A stretch of 64,000 nucleotides of DNA, from positions 14,198,001-14,262,000 of the forward strand of contig CM120649.1 in NCBI GenBank assembly GCA_051362555.1, given 5' to 3'. This DNA is from Lingula anatina (lineage: Eukaryota; Animalia; Brachiopoda). Both the position numbers and the translations under genes were made by a program. Below the pieces are notes generated by a model that saw only the letters and a list, made by a program, of their open reading frames with translations, was not told where the DNA came from and did no database searches. The first letter of the stretch is position 1; every line of letters starts with the position of its first letter. Shown one piece after another: positions 26,291-40,300 of the stretch.

Positions 26291-29200
26291 TAGCAATCAA
26301 TAGGTCTTTACACTATTTGTTTTAAAGGTTTTGGATATCTTGTTCCTGCTATTCTACCAGTGAATTATTACATATTGAAACTCATAGAAAACATGAAAAC
26401 CCCTTTCAAATACACGAAGATAGTGCTTTTAATGAGCAAATTTCATTAAGAAAAGCAAACCAAAAGTGAAAAGAATTATATTTACATTTATTTATTTATT
26501 TATTTATTTATTTTGGCATACCACATAAGCCTACCTCTTCTCTCAGCCTGTCCCCAATGGTCCTCATTCCTGCAGATTTCTGCTGGAACACATTTCTTAG
26601 AGTCCAGTACATGGGGTAATTGAGGACGGAGGTCAAGGGACCCTGGAAGGGGGAGTCGTAGTCAGGGTCACCGTTGTCAACTTCACCGATTTGGAAGACC
26701 CCCGACGACTGACCAAACTCGTTCCAAAATTGTGGTTTGACCTGAAAGAAGCAGCTAAATTAAAGGTAAGTTTCTTTTTGTGTGGTTATTTGTGGTTTTA
26801 CGTTGGAAAAATTGCTTTATTTTCTTTGAGAAAACTGCATAGTGAAACTGAATGAATGAGCGAAAAGGACTACATGCATCTCAGCTTTGAAAAATTAAAG
26901 TATGCAGCCATTTCGTGCTGATATCAAAGCATATGCATATAAGCACGTAGCTATTTTAGTATAAAACCACCCCATCCCACCTCGAGAACAATGAAACGTT
27001 ATTAAAATGATTGGTGTTTTCTTCAACACCACTGTAAACATACACTTATAATGACGCCACCCAGATATTTGAAAAGATGACTCTACTTATCCAACTGCGA
27101 TATGACGTCACATACTTCCGGAATTGTGTCAATCCTAATTCCATCGAATCCGTATGTCTGTACTAAGTTGTGGATCCAGGCCTTCAGGGTTTCTCTGACG
27201 TAGGAGTTGTCCTGGTTTAAATCTGGTAGCTCCGCCAACCGACAATGTTCGACCTGAGTAATATTTTTTTACGTGACAACGGATTTTGTTTATTTGGCTA
27301 TATAGTATCTGGGAAAATTGTTTTTTTCCCTAGAATTAAAACAAATTTCTCTCTTTGAGTTACAATTTGTCAAGCGACCTTATCACACAATTTTCTGACA
27401 AAGCAAACTTTAAAATAAAATGAAAAGTCCCCTTCTCATAGTGGACATATTCTCGGTGAGTAGTCAAACCCGTTATATTATGACTGATTTATACTATACC
27501 AACATTTTAAATATATAGACAGTATAAAATACTTACCTCATGGGCGTCACCCCAATTCTTAATATCACAGTAATTATGGTAGTGTTCCGCTCTGTTGAAC
27601 GGCCACAGCGAAGAGAAGTCGGTCTCTTGCTGCATGGAGCAGCCGGGGCAGCCTGGGGGGTACCCCATATGATTGCCAACCCTGAAATATTAGAGAACGT
27701 TGACATAGTATGCTGTTTCTAACTCCTTAAATGTTCTGTTTTGTGCTTAATTTTCGAAACTAAAGAAGTTTTTTTATTTTGCTTGTCTTCTTTTACCAAA
27801 GAATTCAGGGCCATCATGTATTTGGACTTCATCAGCTGTTCTGAATTGATCTGATTATTTATTTATATATTTATATATTCAATAATTTCGTGTATGGTCA
27901 AAATCTCAGCAAAATCAAACGTGTACCAGGAAAGCTTCAGTCGATATAAACAATGCATTCAATATAGTAAAAAAGCAAGTTGAAGCAAGGCTTACACGTC
28001 TACCATGACCCAAATACCACGTGCATGACAGGCCGAAACCAAGTCTTTCAGGTCTTGTGGAGAACCAAACTTGGGGTTGATGTTACTGATGTTCTTAGCC
28101 CAGTATCCATGGTAACCGCCTGGGGTATTCTCAACGACGGGAGATATCCAGATGGCATTCACACCTGAAATGTTTTGGAAATGTGAAACGTTTGTCGCAT
28201 TTGATTCTACTTCTAATTTAGTCGCCCATTCTTTGTACCTCGCCCAGTCTTCACAGGCTGCAAAATACTTTATAAGTATTTTCCTTCCAACTAAACTTTT
28301 TCTTGTTTGAAGCACGATGCACAGCACAAAAACAAATCTTTCCGATTTTTCAGCCTCCGCGGAATGACGTCGGAACAGTGCAAGCTGGCCTTTACAACGC
28401 GCGACTGAATGACGTTTTTCCGCGCAGAGTACCCCTTTCTCTTTTACACGGCCTTTCAACAGGCGTAATCTCGTTCGTCTTTCTTCGCGACTGAACAACG
28501 TTTTTCCGCAGGGGTCTTGCCTTGGTATTATGTGACGGTCGTTATTGGATTGTGACTGATATTTAAGAACATGAGATTTCAATGGAACTAAAAGATTTAT
28601 ATTGTTAATTCCTTTCAAAATTCCATTTTATTATCTTAGGTGCGCTACATATATATACTGTCGAAAGTCGTGATCATCCCGATCATAAGAATATCTCTCC
28701 TGAGGAAGCTTCCCCCGAGGGCTTATCATATTTTGTTATTCATCATTTCATTTCTCTTTGCTCATTTATCCCTAAAAGTTGTATTTGATCTATCAAATCC
28801 AGTCCAATTCACAGTCGTCTCAAAAACCATTTTAAATTAATACAGATTGCTTAGAAGCGATATCAAAGTCTATATTTAAAGCATGATCATTATTTCCATA
28901 AGATTGCAATGAATTATAATGAATAAGACTTGGTCAAAGGCCATGCTGTTTGATTATTAAAAGTTTGGCCGCGGCCTTGGATATGCAACTCTGGTTGCAG
29001 CAACATAACTGACTACCATTTAACTTGTCGCTTGTACTATGGAAATTGTTAATCACACTTGCGTTTACAATCTGGATTTTATAGGATACGTTTTGTGTGT
29101 GTCTCCGGAGTAAGAATCATTTCACTGAAATCATGATACACAGTCAGTGCATTTTTAATTTTTTTATTTTTTCAATTAATAAGGTGTATTAATAAAGATT

Positions 29201-32200
29201 CCTTAGTCGATCGCGATTTAGACTGCGGCAGTTTAAATAGATCTTAAGTTTATTACACCGATGGACGTAGTGCTTATGCATTGAATCAGCGTGTGTAGTG
29301 GTGCAACCAATATTTAATTAATAAGGGAGTTGGAAGAACCAGCGGGTGACCGTTAAACGTTCTAATATTTAACCAACACTGAGCGGAGAACAAACAAAAA
29401 AGTAATAAAGATGTTTCACTCTATGCGCTGGTGGCCGGGGAAATTTCAACAAAGCCCGACTAACAACAATGTACGTCACGGTCACCTTCATTATTTCATC
29501 CAGCTAAAAGACGAAAACAAAAATACTTTAATACCAATTTTGACTGGAGATGCATTAGAATTTTTTTTGATGAATAAGTATTGCCCCACAACTGATCGTA
29601 GTACATCCCACGATAAGATTTCGCTCGATAGATCATGTCTAGAACCATAAGTAAACCATTAGTTCTAAACTAGCTGTCATAAAAAACCTTGCTTGAAAAA
29701 CTGAATAACTTTAAGACCATTGTTATTTTGCAAGGTTAAGCAGCGATAAATGTGTTGATATATAGCAAACATTATCAGTATGATGTGCCGTAACACGTAT
29801 ATAACAGGAGTACTTTTCTATTGATGATGATATCTTGCTCATAGTGGGTGACGAAGATCTAGAGAAGGGGGTGGTTAAACCACGTACAGTGAAGAATCAC
29901 TGCACATTAAACGGTTTCTGCTAATGAAAATGTATCATATCGCAATATACTGATTTCTTCATAGAAATTCATTTTCACATGAAAATAAGTAAATCGCCGC
30001 AAGTCAAAAACGGCTATTTTGTTTATAAGTTCTGGGCTTTGACAGAGAAGGACAGGCCTGCTTTAGATGACAGCCGGATTCGGTTGTATTTGTATGGGGA
30101 TTGCTACCAGTAAATAACACAGTTTTCACATGAAGTACCATTGAAACACGATGGTCGAGAGATGACTCATAAGCTGAGGTCAGTATAACAAGCAGCATGG
30201 TGGCCAATAAGCTATTTAATCTATCATGTAGCCTCTCTCCAACCGCGGTGATGAAGGCTTAAACCAAATGTTTTGGTTTCTCACTTCTTTGTTTAAGCAC
30301 ATCCCCCCCCCCTCTTTTTTCAGGACTCTACAGCTGATGAAGGTCACTTGTTGACCGAAAAGCGCTTTCTGCAACCAGTCCAACCCCCCTTTTTTTTCAT
30401 TTCCCCACCCGCACTGTGTGTATCTCGTACAGTCGGCCCTTCAGGTCAAATAAATACAGAGGCGAGAGACCTCTCTCACATCATACTGAAGTGAAACAAC
30501 AGCCGATAATATTGAATACGGCAATAAATAGTTATCTAACATAATTCGAATCAGAATTATAAGACGGACACGTTCTATCACCGTTGTCATCTCTTCACAA
30601 ACACGTGATTACGCATCTTAGGGACTTTTATACTTCAATCTAAACTCTAACGTCCCAAAAACAATCTCAAAGCTTTTAACCAGGGGCGCTGTCAAAACAC
30701 ACGTCCCCAGGGGCCCAGTCCTGGATCGTGTTATTTTGATAAGAGTTAGTTTAACTATAAGTTACTATAAGTAACTGGCTCGCGCTGCCAGTAATTACGC
30801 CGCGGGATATTCAGGGCACAGAGCGTGATCATAAGACATACCGAAAATAGAAAATAGAAAATAGACATTGCATGTGAACGAAGCCTAAGACATGAGCCGA
30901 CCACCCCTAAACAACGAATATTAAATCGCAACTGCAAAGGGGAGGATGTGGTGTGGTGTGAAGATAGCCACAGAGACAGAGTACAAAGTATATGTACAGG
31001 AAAAACGAGAGGATGAAGACAGTAAGTGGTTTTATTCCTTTTGTTATTTTCATAATATTCATTTATTTTTATTTTTAATAATTGATTATCAATGTGTTGA
31101 TAAATTACCAAGTCTTTGATTTTATTACATTCTCCATGTCTGTTGTAATGGTAGGCTACATGCATTCTTGTAATTCTCAATCCTGATACTTTCTCTGAAT
31201 TTTTTTAGTCAGACATGCTGTTCCCTTTACCCAGTTATGTTTAATACGTCATTACACATTATATTTTGATATCATTTCGTTATATCTTCACAGAAACCGC
31301 ACTGGAAAAAGGAAAGGGCGATGGCAGCACTGAACAAGGGGAAGTCATTGAAAGGGGCAATGGCAGAAATATCTGACGCGGGGGTGTGCCAGGCTAAAGA
31401 AGTGCTCAAATTGATGTGTGGAAAATAAATTACACGCAAGGGCGATTTGATGTGTGGAAAATAATTTACACGCAAGGACGATTAGAGTCCAAAGTTGTAG
31501 ATTAGATAATATAACAGTATTCAACATGAAAAATATTAATATATCTCCTTTACGGTGATTGATTTTTACTTACTGTTTTTATATATATTGTTATTACAAC
31601 GAGATCAGTACTTCTTATATTTGAACATATATTTGTATATTTATTTTGCTGTGATCCCAAGTAAACTGATATGTTTAAATTCAGGCCCAGTCTTGAAAGT
31701 CCCCTCCTCTTGGGGAGGGGAATGACCACAGTACGCGGGAAGCTAAATCATCAATACACAAATTACAGTGTATTATTATCTCACTGATAGTAGGCATTTT
31801 AAAAATATCCTGAAAATCACGTATCACCGGGTATAATGTCTTCGTTTCACGAAGGGCTGAGAATAAACAATTGCATTCACAAGTCGCGTGAATGGGGTGC
31901 TTCACGAATCACGCTAAATAAGATGAACGTTTCACACACCTCAAGAAATAAATAGCTGTATTTTCTACAGATTTATTCTGAAAGTAAATTTTTCTGTTAG
32001 AATTTGAGCAGCATTTATTTGATTTTGATTAAATGCTTTAAGTTAGTCGGATATTTCAGGTACATAATGTGTTGCGTTTCTCTTGTTATTAATTTTCCCG
32101 TATTTTTAATGTTATTTTATTTCTTTAGCCTACGCATTTTGTAGGGGTTTTGGTGACAATATTACATCTTTCCTTGGAAGCTAGGCTTCATCGCCTTACT

Positions 32201-33307
32201 CAATGTGAACAAAAATACCTAATGAGTGTAATTTTTAAAACGGAGTCGGGCAATTAGGGCACACATAATTGGCATGTTATTTAACGAGCGGCCACTCTCT
32301 GCAAATACATTAAGTCGATGGATAAGTAGTAGTCGTTTCCGTTTTCATCATATGTTTACCAGATGTCGATAAATAATGGAAAAAGCCTGACTATTTATGA
32401 ATCTGTATCTCTCTATAACTGTACTTTTGCTTAGATTTTGTTCTGGAAAGTCGTTTTTAAATGTGGTTCGTATTTATTTGCGTAATTATTTTACTAGGTA
32501 AATTTAAAATTATTTTTAATGGTATTCGCTATTGTTTAGGGTGTGCGTATAATGAGTGTACAAAATAGTAGATTAGTATAAGATTACTTTCCACTTGTGA
32601 AATATAGTAGCTATGTTGCGCTTTATAAACATAATTCCCACTGCATTGTAATGGTTATTGTTGTTTTTTTGCAATAAATTATTATAAATGAAAACTCACA
32701 AGCCTTCCTCTCATTAAATGAAATGCTGCATTAATTTGAAACATTATCGGTGCTATAAGTAATTGAAATAACTATAATCGTCCATATTTGATTAGATAAG
32801 GGAAGTAGAGACTTACCTAAAATTGCCTTTATTTGATCGTAAAAGGGTTATAATGACGTACCTCATATCGCATTTACTTCATCGGAAAAGGGTTATAAAG
32901 ACGTGTCAAAAATGGCCTATATTTGATCGGAAAGGAGAAGTAAAGAGGTTGTTTTTAGTCGCCTATACTTGATCGGAAAGACGTAGTAATAGTGCAACTA
33001 CAATTTTAAGCTTAGGCATAAAAGGGTAGTAAACCCGTAGACCCTGACCTTTCCGGTAGAGCTTTACACCGTTGAAAAGGCTTGTAAAGAGAATATTCAG
33101 ATCCATTTCCTGAAGAGTAAAAGAGCTGAAAATTGACTTTTTGTGCTGTGATGTTGCCTTACTTGAGTTCCGGTTAATAATACAGTACTCCACCAGAATA
33201 CAGGAACTATCGGTCTCAAACAGGAGGTTTCAAACTTACTTGTAAAAAAAAACTTAATACAACTGTACTTGTACTGGATATTGAGACCAACTTTAGGGCA
33301 GTTGCCT

Positions 33308-33383
<76 letters not shown>

Positions 33384-35254
33384 CCAGTATAGACCTCAAC
33401 AGAGAATGTGTTTGGTTGTTCTTCGCTCTCCAACCGCAATTAACGCAACCACAACAGCACACAAAAGCATTACTGTTTAAACAACTGTCTATCCATACCT
33501 AAGCCTTGTATGTAGTCCAATTTCTTGATTACTCCCTGAAAGGTGCCCCCGCAATAGTCTCGCAGGTTGCCACAAGAACCACCAGCACTAGGGTTGTGGA
33601 ATCGGTCCGTGAGGAGCTGTGAGAAAATCCCCATTCAATGTATTAATGTGAATGCGCATTCCTACGGCGCTCGTATATAATAGTAACCAGTGGTTTCCTG
33701 GCTTTTTTAGACTCTCCTCTTACATGAATTCTAATATATCATTTAGGTTATATGACATTATACCATTTACAATTATATTTACATTAAGCGAAAGATAATC
33801 ATCCTGGTGTTATGCAAATAGATTTTTTAAAATCGAATTTTTGGAAAACTTATACCTTGCAGGACTAGTGCATTTTTTAATACATAAATAGGCACAGGTA
33901 CTGACTTTTGGGGCAGATTTAAATGTTGGTGTCAAGTAATTTTATATTCAGATCGCGTTCAGAACAGTTTATCAACACAGTTTAAACAAAGGGCTAACTC
34001 CCCGTAAGTAGGCACCTTGTTAGCAAAACATAGAAATACGAAGCTTGATTCAGGCAATAATGCCAATATGATAAGCTAAGTACCACGATTCATAGATATT
34101 TTATCACCTCATTATACCTGTCATTTAACTGAGCGATACTAAGGACTTTGGGGAGAGGGTTTAGGGACGCAATGAATCTTTAGTGAAAACCATAATGAGC
34201 GCACCATCAGCTAGTACTGGGAGGTTATAATATCACTCTGATGTCTCCAAGACTATCGCGAGATTTGTGTACATCAGCATCCATATCAGTATTCGGATAG
34301 ACAGTTATGGAACTGTCTCGTTTGCTTTGCAGATAAATTCGCTTTCTGTTAACTGCATGCACATTGTACACATGCACATTGTACACATGTGCATGTGCAA
34401 GTTATCAGAAATCTGCTAGGTTGCAGTAATAATAAGATAACGCAATTTACGAAACTTTTTGATAATAAATCAGCTGACTTGAAATGCGACATGCTTGTAT
34501 TGGGAAGTGTACATTGTACACGACTATCTTTTTATCAAGCTCTAGTGTAAGGTACAGCAGAGGACTGAACAATATTTTCTGATTAGTTTGTGGAAAATAC
34601 TTTGCGGTTATAAGCTGCTTCAAGATAGAGATGAGAATCTTTTAACGAACGTCCGTTTTCAGAGTTGTTTTCCCTTCCATATATCGCCATCTTAAATTAA
34701 ATCTTCTAAAGACATGTTTTATAATTACATACACATAAAACCCCAAGAGAAAAAATATTTTAACCCACGAATTTGAGCCGTCACATTCCTACGATTTAGT
34801 AATAAATATTAATCAAAATTAATAAAAGTAAAAATGGCTGCTTGCTTAAAATTCTGTGTACAATGACGTTTTACCGATAGAAATGATAGAAATGTTCCCT
34901 TACCGATAGAAATGTTTATTTGCAAAGAATATTTGATTGATATTCCAGTGAATGCACATAGGCCTACAACAAAGGCAAAGGTCTAAGGTAAGGTTAGTCT
35001 GGGATCATACGGCAAAAGGGACCCTTTCTCTCATTGTAACGCTCATACAGGTAAAAACAGAGAAGAAATATATTTTATTGGGAAATGTTAAATAAATGAG
35101 AAAATAAATATCGAATAGAACAAAAAAAAAAAAAAAAAAAGTCCCTTACCTGATATATAACCCGCGATTTCCACTCATCTGCAGACTTAGCATCCGAGAT
35201 AGCTATAAGGGAGGCAAGAACCGCGAACACGACTGCATGTATCATCTTATACAT
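23139..35254 (-). CDS. Alpha-amylase, GH13 fungal/Dictyostelium type (GH13_1-like), with C-terminal TM anchor
   Basis: 12 phase-consistent exons: 35254-35150, 33616-33499, 28164-27996, 27681-27537, 27253-27116, 26741-26535, 26107-25979, 25670-25560, 25213-25094, 24295-24214, 23872-23669 (alternative donor 23768), 23257-23139. Signal peptide, then [57 protein letters not shown] (region I), LPDLN, DGIRIDT (nucleophile Asp), GEV (acid/base Glu), FVDNHD (region IV), [16 protein letters not shown]. Confidence 0.93.
30323..30381 (+). ncRNA. Minimal type I hammerhead ribozyme motif (Penelope-like element type), possibly degenerate
   Basis: Stem I cag/ctg extended by ggact/agtcc; core CTGATGA(A); stem II GGTCA-cttgt-TGACC; GAAA; palindromic stem III AAGCGCTT. 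The cleavage triplet reads UUU, which is suboptimal. Confidence 0.5.
30755..30888. mobile_element. Interspersed repeat / MITE half with GGCTTCGTTCACA terminus (Harbinger-like); second copy inverted at 57238-57382
   Basis: About 135 nt of near-identity to the reverse complement of 57238-57378 (taactggctcgcgctgccagtaattacg...gacattgcatgtgaacgaagcc). Superfamily is inferred from the terminus only. Confidence 0.7.
31409..31480. repeat. Two-copy ~36-bp tandem repeat
   Basis: ttgatgtgtggaaaataa(a/t)ttacacgcaagg occurs twice. Confidence 0.85.
32825..32985. repeat. Degenerate ~45-bp minisatellite (4 units)
   Basis: ttgatcg(g/t)aaaag-like core near 32832, 32878, 32922 and 32968. Confidence 0.6.
33310..33379. 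repeat. Compound (GT)n(GA)n microsatellite
   Basis: Read directly from the sequence; a shorter equivalent lies at ~35538-35572. Confidence 0.95.
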
Positions 35255-36002
35255 TTCTGTTATATAGAAGCCAACCAAACCAGGCCTTTGTAGTTTAGTT
35301 TCCTTTTTAATACTCCTCGTTCTATATATACCGAGTTCTATCGGAAGACAGACATGTGCAACGTTATCGAGTAGTCTTGTGACTTGGTGTAGTGGGTCGT
35401 TGGATTTATGTAAAAGTGATATGAAATTTATCATACATGTTGCCCTTCTAACAGTTATCTACTAGATAACATGGACAGACATGATTTCTGATGAGATGGT
35501 ATTAGACTGAAGTCCGAGGAAAATATAGCGATATCATTGTGTATGTGTGTGTGAGAGAGAGAGAGAGAGAGACCAAAAACAAAAAAGGTCGTAAAAAGGC
35601 AGACAGTAATAAAACGATTACAACAAAGGAGTTATTACACGCTACGACATAGTACTAAAATATATCATTGATATGTACATGTACATACTAGTACTTGAAT
35701 TAAATCGGTTATCAAGTATTTGACCCATTTCTGTCATAGCTGATCGCATTGTTTTTATACTCATTAGATATGAATGTTCACTGCACTTTAAACAATAGCA
35801 CTTAAAACAGTAACACAGATCGCGATCTACTACAGCGCCAATTAAACAAATTTCATCAAAGAAATCAAACATTAACGAAAGTAGCCATGCATTCTACAAA
35901 TGGGCTTACTATTAAACATTCTTGAAACTATAGATTAAATGATGTCGACTGACCACAGCTTGGAGCGATCGGAACACCATTTTCCTCATTATCATTTTAT
36001 TT

Positions 36003-36271
36003 CAGGGGCGGATCCAGGATTATTTGAAGGGGGGCTCCGCGGATACGAAGCCGACCCTCCCCCTCCCTTGGCGTGGGGTTCGGGGCCCGCTAAAGGGACT
36101 GGGAATTTTTATTTTAGACGGCGAACGGTGCCACTTGTACGGTTGGAAATTCTGATTCAGCCATTCAAAATTCTAATTTCATGAGGGGACCATTGATGCG
36201 ATTTTTTCAGAAATCGATGGGGGGGGGGGGGGGGTCAGGACCCCCCTGACACCTCCCCTAAATCTGCCACT
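36003..36271. mobile_element. MITE with CAGGGGCGGATCCAGG terminus (hAT-like)
   Basis: Left end CAGGGGCGGATCCAGG; right end CCTAAATCTGCCACT is an imperfect inverted copy. GC-rich island flanked on both sides by ttattt-like sequence. Confidence 0.55.
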
Positions 36272-37320
36272 TTATTTTCATTACCACTGATGCACATATT
36301 TCTATCTCTAGAACATTAACACCCATAGGATGTTTAATTACTCATCGCTAGACTTACAATGACTAATTACTAAAGGCTGGTTTAACGTTTGGTAAAGATT
36401 GCGGTTATACTGTTAATACCTTTTTAAATAAAAGAGAAAGAAGCTGATGAATCCCATTACGATAACTTGTATGCGCGCTGTGTGCCTTTGAAATCTAGCA
36501 TTGTACCTCAAACCTCAACCTTCAACCCTCGGGGGTCGCGTCGCACAACTTTCCCATACGAAACTCAGCAAATTTCAAATTTAACGTTGGACGATAAAAG
36601 TCAGTGGCGAACAATGGCAGAGTCGTTCAGGCTTGATTGCCTGCGTCTTCGCGGGGAGGTACGGCGGACAGACGCTGACACCGTGTTTATTGTTTCTCTG
36701 TCGTTCATTCTGGGGCAGGACATCCAAATTTAGACAGGTGGTTGCTCACACCCCTCGGGGTAACAAGCAATATTGTTGTTGAACAAAGGCGAATGTTTTA
36801 CGATCAAGTTGGTGAAGTAGGGAAAAAGTCACAGAATTAAGCTGGAGAGTGGGAAGTTAACTCTTATCGTTGTCGTTACCACTAACCAACGAAAATTGCG
36901 GAGAGATATTTTTTCAACTTCTAGACGTATCCACGACTTGGTTGAATCATTCTATATTTCGGAGGACACCTAAGTACCTGAAGTGTCACTTATATATTCT
37001 CTTGAGGCAAAAACCGTACTGGCATCACGTATTACCGAAAGAGTGAAATTTTGTCAGTGTGAGAGAGAGAACTTATTGCCAAGGTTTACTGTGGCTCAGT
37101 CCTTGCTTAAGTGTAGTCCTATACATGGAGTATCAGTCTGGACTTAAATGCAGATGTCACGCTCACGGATCTAACATTGGAACAGATAATAATGTTCAGG
37201 ACTTTCTTCGAACGCCGCGGGAAGTTTTGACCCGTTACAAGTGCATATACTTCACAAATATATAAACAAAAAATCAAGAAGGAAAACGTAACTACTCGCT
37301 TCTGATAATACATACTGTGC

Positions 37321-40300
37321 ATGCGATTGCTACAAGTTATTTTGTACTTTCTTTTCGAAGGATCGATGATTATCTTGACCATGCACTGCTATTTACTTGT
37401 GTTTTTCGTTTGCGCAATCTTTTCAAATGGTAGGTGGTTTTTTTTATTATTATTTGAATTATTCTCATAACTATAACACATTGATTTTTTTAATTTAAAC
37501 ATTAAGTAAGATGGACAGTAATGTAAATTGTCTGCGAATAACATTGCAGAATGCATTAAACTCCCATCTCCGTGAAAAAAAAAAAGGAGAAAAAGATTAA
37601 AAACGTAGTCCACGAATAACATCGGGATATTGGCGACATGCACATTTAGCGTTCAGTTATTAATTTCATCTTATTATTGATACGTTAATTAATAAATCGA
37701 TGTTTTATTATTGTGTATTTTTTAATAAAAAAATTAATGGTCAATGTTCTATATATTAGCGCGGATGGTGATAATGCAAGCTGTACTGTTTCCCCAGTCT
37801 AAACCATTAAATTTACAATGGCAATCTTGGTATGAAATTAACAACGGCCATGGATGCATTCTCGAAATGCGAAGTTTCCCTTAATTCTTCCAGTCGACGC
37901 TGAGTGCGACCTAAAAGCGACAGTGTTAACAACAGCCCCGGGTGAGATCAATTTTCACGATGAACCTCAAAGCACACCCCTGGGGCAGGGGCAAGTTGAC
38001 CGGGGAGGTACCATCCCCGGGTGCGACAGAGAGTGGATACTAATACCCCCAAAGGGCCGCTACGTCGCCGTCACCGTGGTTAGCGTCCAAAACATTACCT
38101 GTGGGGACCAATTATACATTTCCTCACACCTTTCCGACACCCGAAGCCCAGGTTGGAGCGTCTGTGATTTTCGCGGGGGAAATACGCCGAGATTGTTCGA
38201 TCAGCCGAGATATCTGGCATCCCATCGTGAAGAAAAGATTATCATCCAGTACCGAAGAGGTTCATCAAATTTCAGTGGAGGTCGGGGATTTGAGATTGTG
38301 TACGATTTTAAAGGTAAGTCATATTTATTTTATCGTGAAGGGAGATTAATTTATCGATTGATTAATTGTATTAATTAATTAATCAGTTCATTTTGCAACC
38401 CATTATGATTTAATGTGTTATTCTTCCCCTCGTCATTCTTTTTTTAATCAAGACCTTTCTTCATTTTTATTTATCGGGAAAAATTAGGCGAAAGCGAAGT
38501 AATCAATATTATGTTGATATTGCAGGAGTATCGAGGTTCTTGGTTTATCAATTATACAATAAACTGATATATTAATTGATCAATTAATTAATTTCAATGC
38601 AGGTGCTTAGAGTTTGAAGTGTCTACAGTCAGTTTCAGGTGTTTCACAACTAGTCACTGCGTGAGAAAAAATACAAGGGTGAACAATAGATAACTCGGAG
38701 CAACAAAATAATAAATTTCCCCTTTAATTATCTACATTGAAGGTTGAAATGGACTCGCACCTTCAGGGGAAATATAACCCAATCATTTTAGTGTTTTTTT
38801 CATAGGAATATATGCTGCGGTTTAAATGATTTAAAATTCAAAACTTAATAAAGCGCGTAAGATTTTGCCTTATGCGGAGGTAGATAAGAATTAACATAAT
38901 CGTTCCATTTATTGAACATTTCGTATATGTTGCCGTCTCTAGTGTTTTACGGTAGAGAATGAGAGAGAGAGAGGAAGCAATTTTCTTATTCCCTTTGTCT
39001 CACATTTTCAGTTATCTATAAGGACCTTAAAGCAAAACTGAAAGAAACAACTTTCTTTTCTTGCGTATCTTTGAAAAATACGCCGGCGGGTGTTTTGACT
39101 TTTGCCCTGCGTGACAATATTCATACGGATATGTGCAGGTGTGCAAGTGAACCTCCAAGGGACAAACTGTCGTCTGCTTATGAATCATACCTTGGCTGAT
39201 TTAACGACTTCTTCTAATTCTTAAAGTATTTGTATTAGATGAAGAATGGGCGCCAAAGAAAATTAGATATGAGCACTTTTTATGATTTTGCAAGCTATTA
39301 AAACCATTAATTAATTTCTTTTAAATGTAATAGGGACTTAATTAGAAAAAAAAAACTGTACATATGTAACTGTTAAAAGTAAAAAAAAAACACACACACA
39401 AAGTATAAAAGTTGAAAAAGGATTAATCTTAATGCAAATACCAGAAAAAATAAGAACAAATGCTCAGAAATGTCAGATCTCAGGCTATGTCACCGCAGTT
39501 GGTTCGTTTGTCGCTTGTTCATTTTTTTTTATCGTGTCCTATATGCGGTTGTAGGTGCCCCATGTAACGTTTTAATATACACGTACGGTAGATTAATTTT
39601 TTTTATTTATCAGTACTCTCTGACCCCAGAATGCGGTAGTATACTGTTACAAAATTATTGTATTCTTTAATTTTGTATACTATTTTAGAAGCCCCTCAGA
39701 GGATAGATTTTTAGTGAGTTGCAATGTAGTTTTATATTCGCAGCTGGAAATTCATTTGTATTTCAGAACCCGGCTGCAACGGCCAGGCAGTCTTAACAGG
39801 CTCTCCCTCGTGGTTCGCCACTCACCCAGGTGCAGGGGCATGGGCGGTGGAAGCTGGCCTTCACTGTGCATGGCAGATAGTGGCGCCACCTGACCAGTTC
39901 GTTTCCATACACTCTCACAATGTCTGGCTCCACTGTTCGTCGAAATGGCAAACGCTTGAAGTCTACGACGCGCCAAAAGAATTGTCGTCTGCTTTGGTGA
40001 CAAGGGTAATGAGTCAAAGTTTCTGTAAATTTAAATATGTAAATTTCTTGTTAAAAGTGAACAGTCGACTTTAAGGTTCTGTGCCATCTTCAGTGAGAAA
40101 ATACTTTCTGGTACAGATGTGTAACACCAAAATTATTTTTGTTTCAATAATGGATGGGGTCCGTTTAATAGAACCTTATTCATTCAGCAATGGTAGTTTG
40201 AATATAAATGATGTCCCTTATAACACCTTTAACGATATGCCTATTCGTATTTTTTTTTTCTTTTTATAAATATGACGCTTAAGATATAAGATTTGAATTG

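Noticed and set aside
28165-28618. N-terminal 150 aa of ORF 27992-28618
   Set aside because: Intron read-through above the 28164 acceptor. It contains short direct repeats (cgcgactgaa...cgtttttccgc) and is probably TE-derived.
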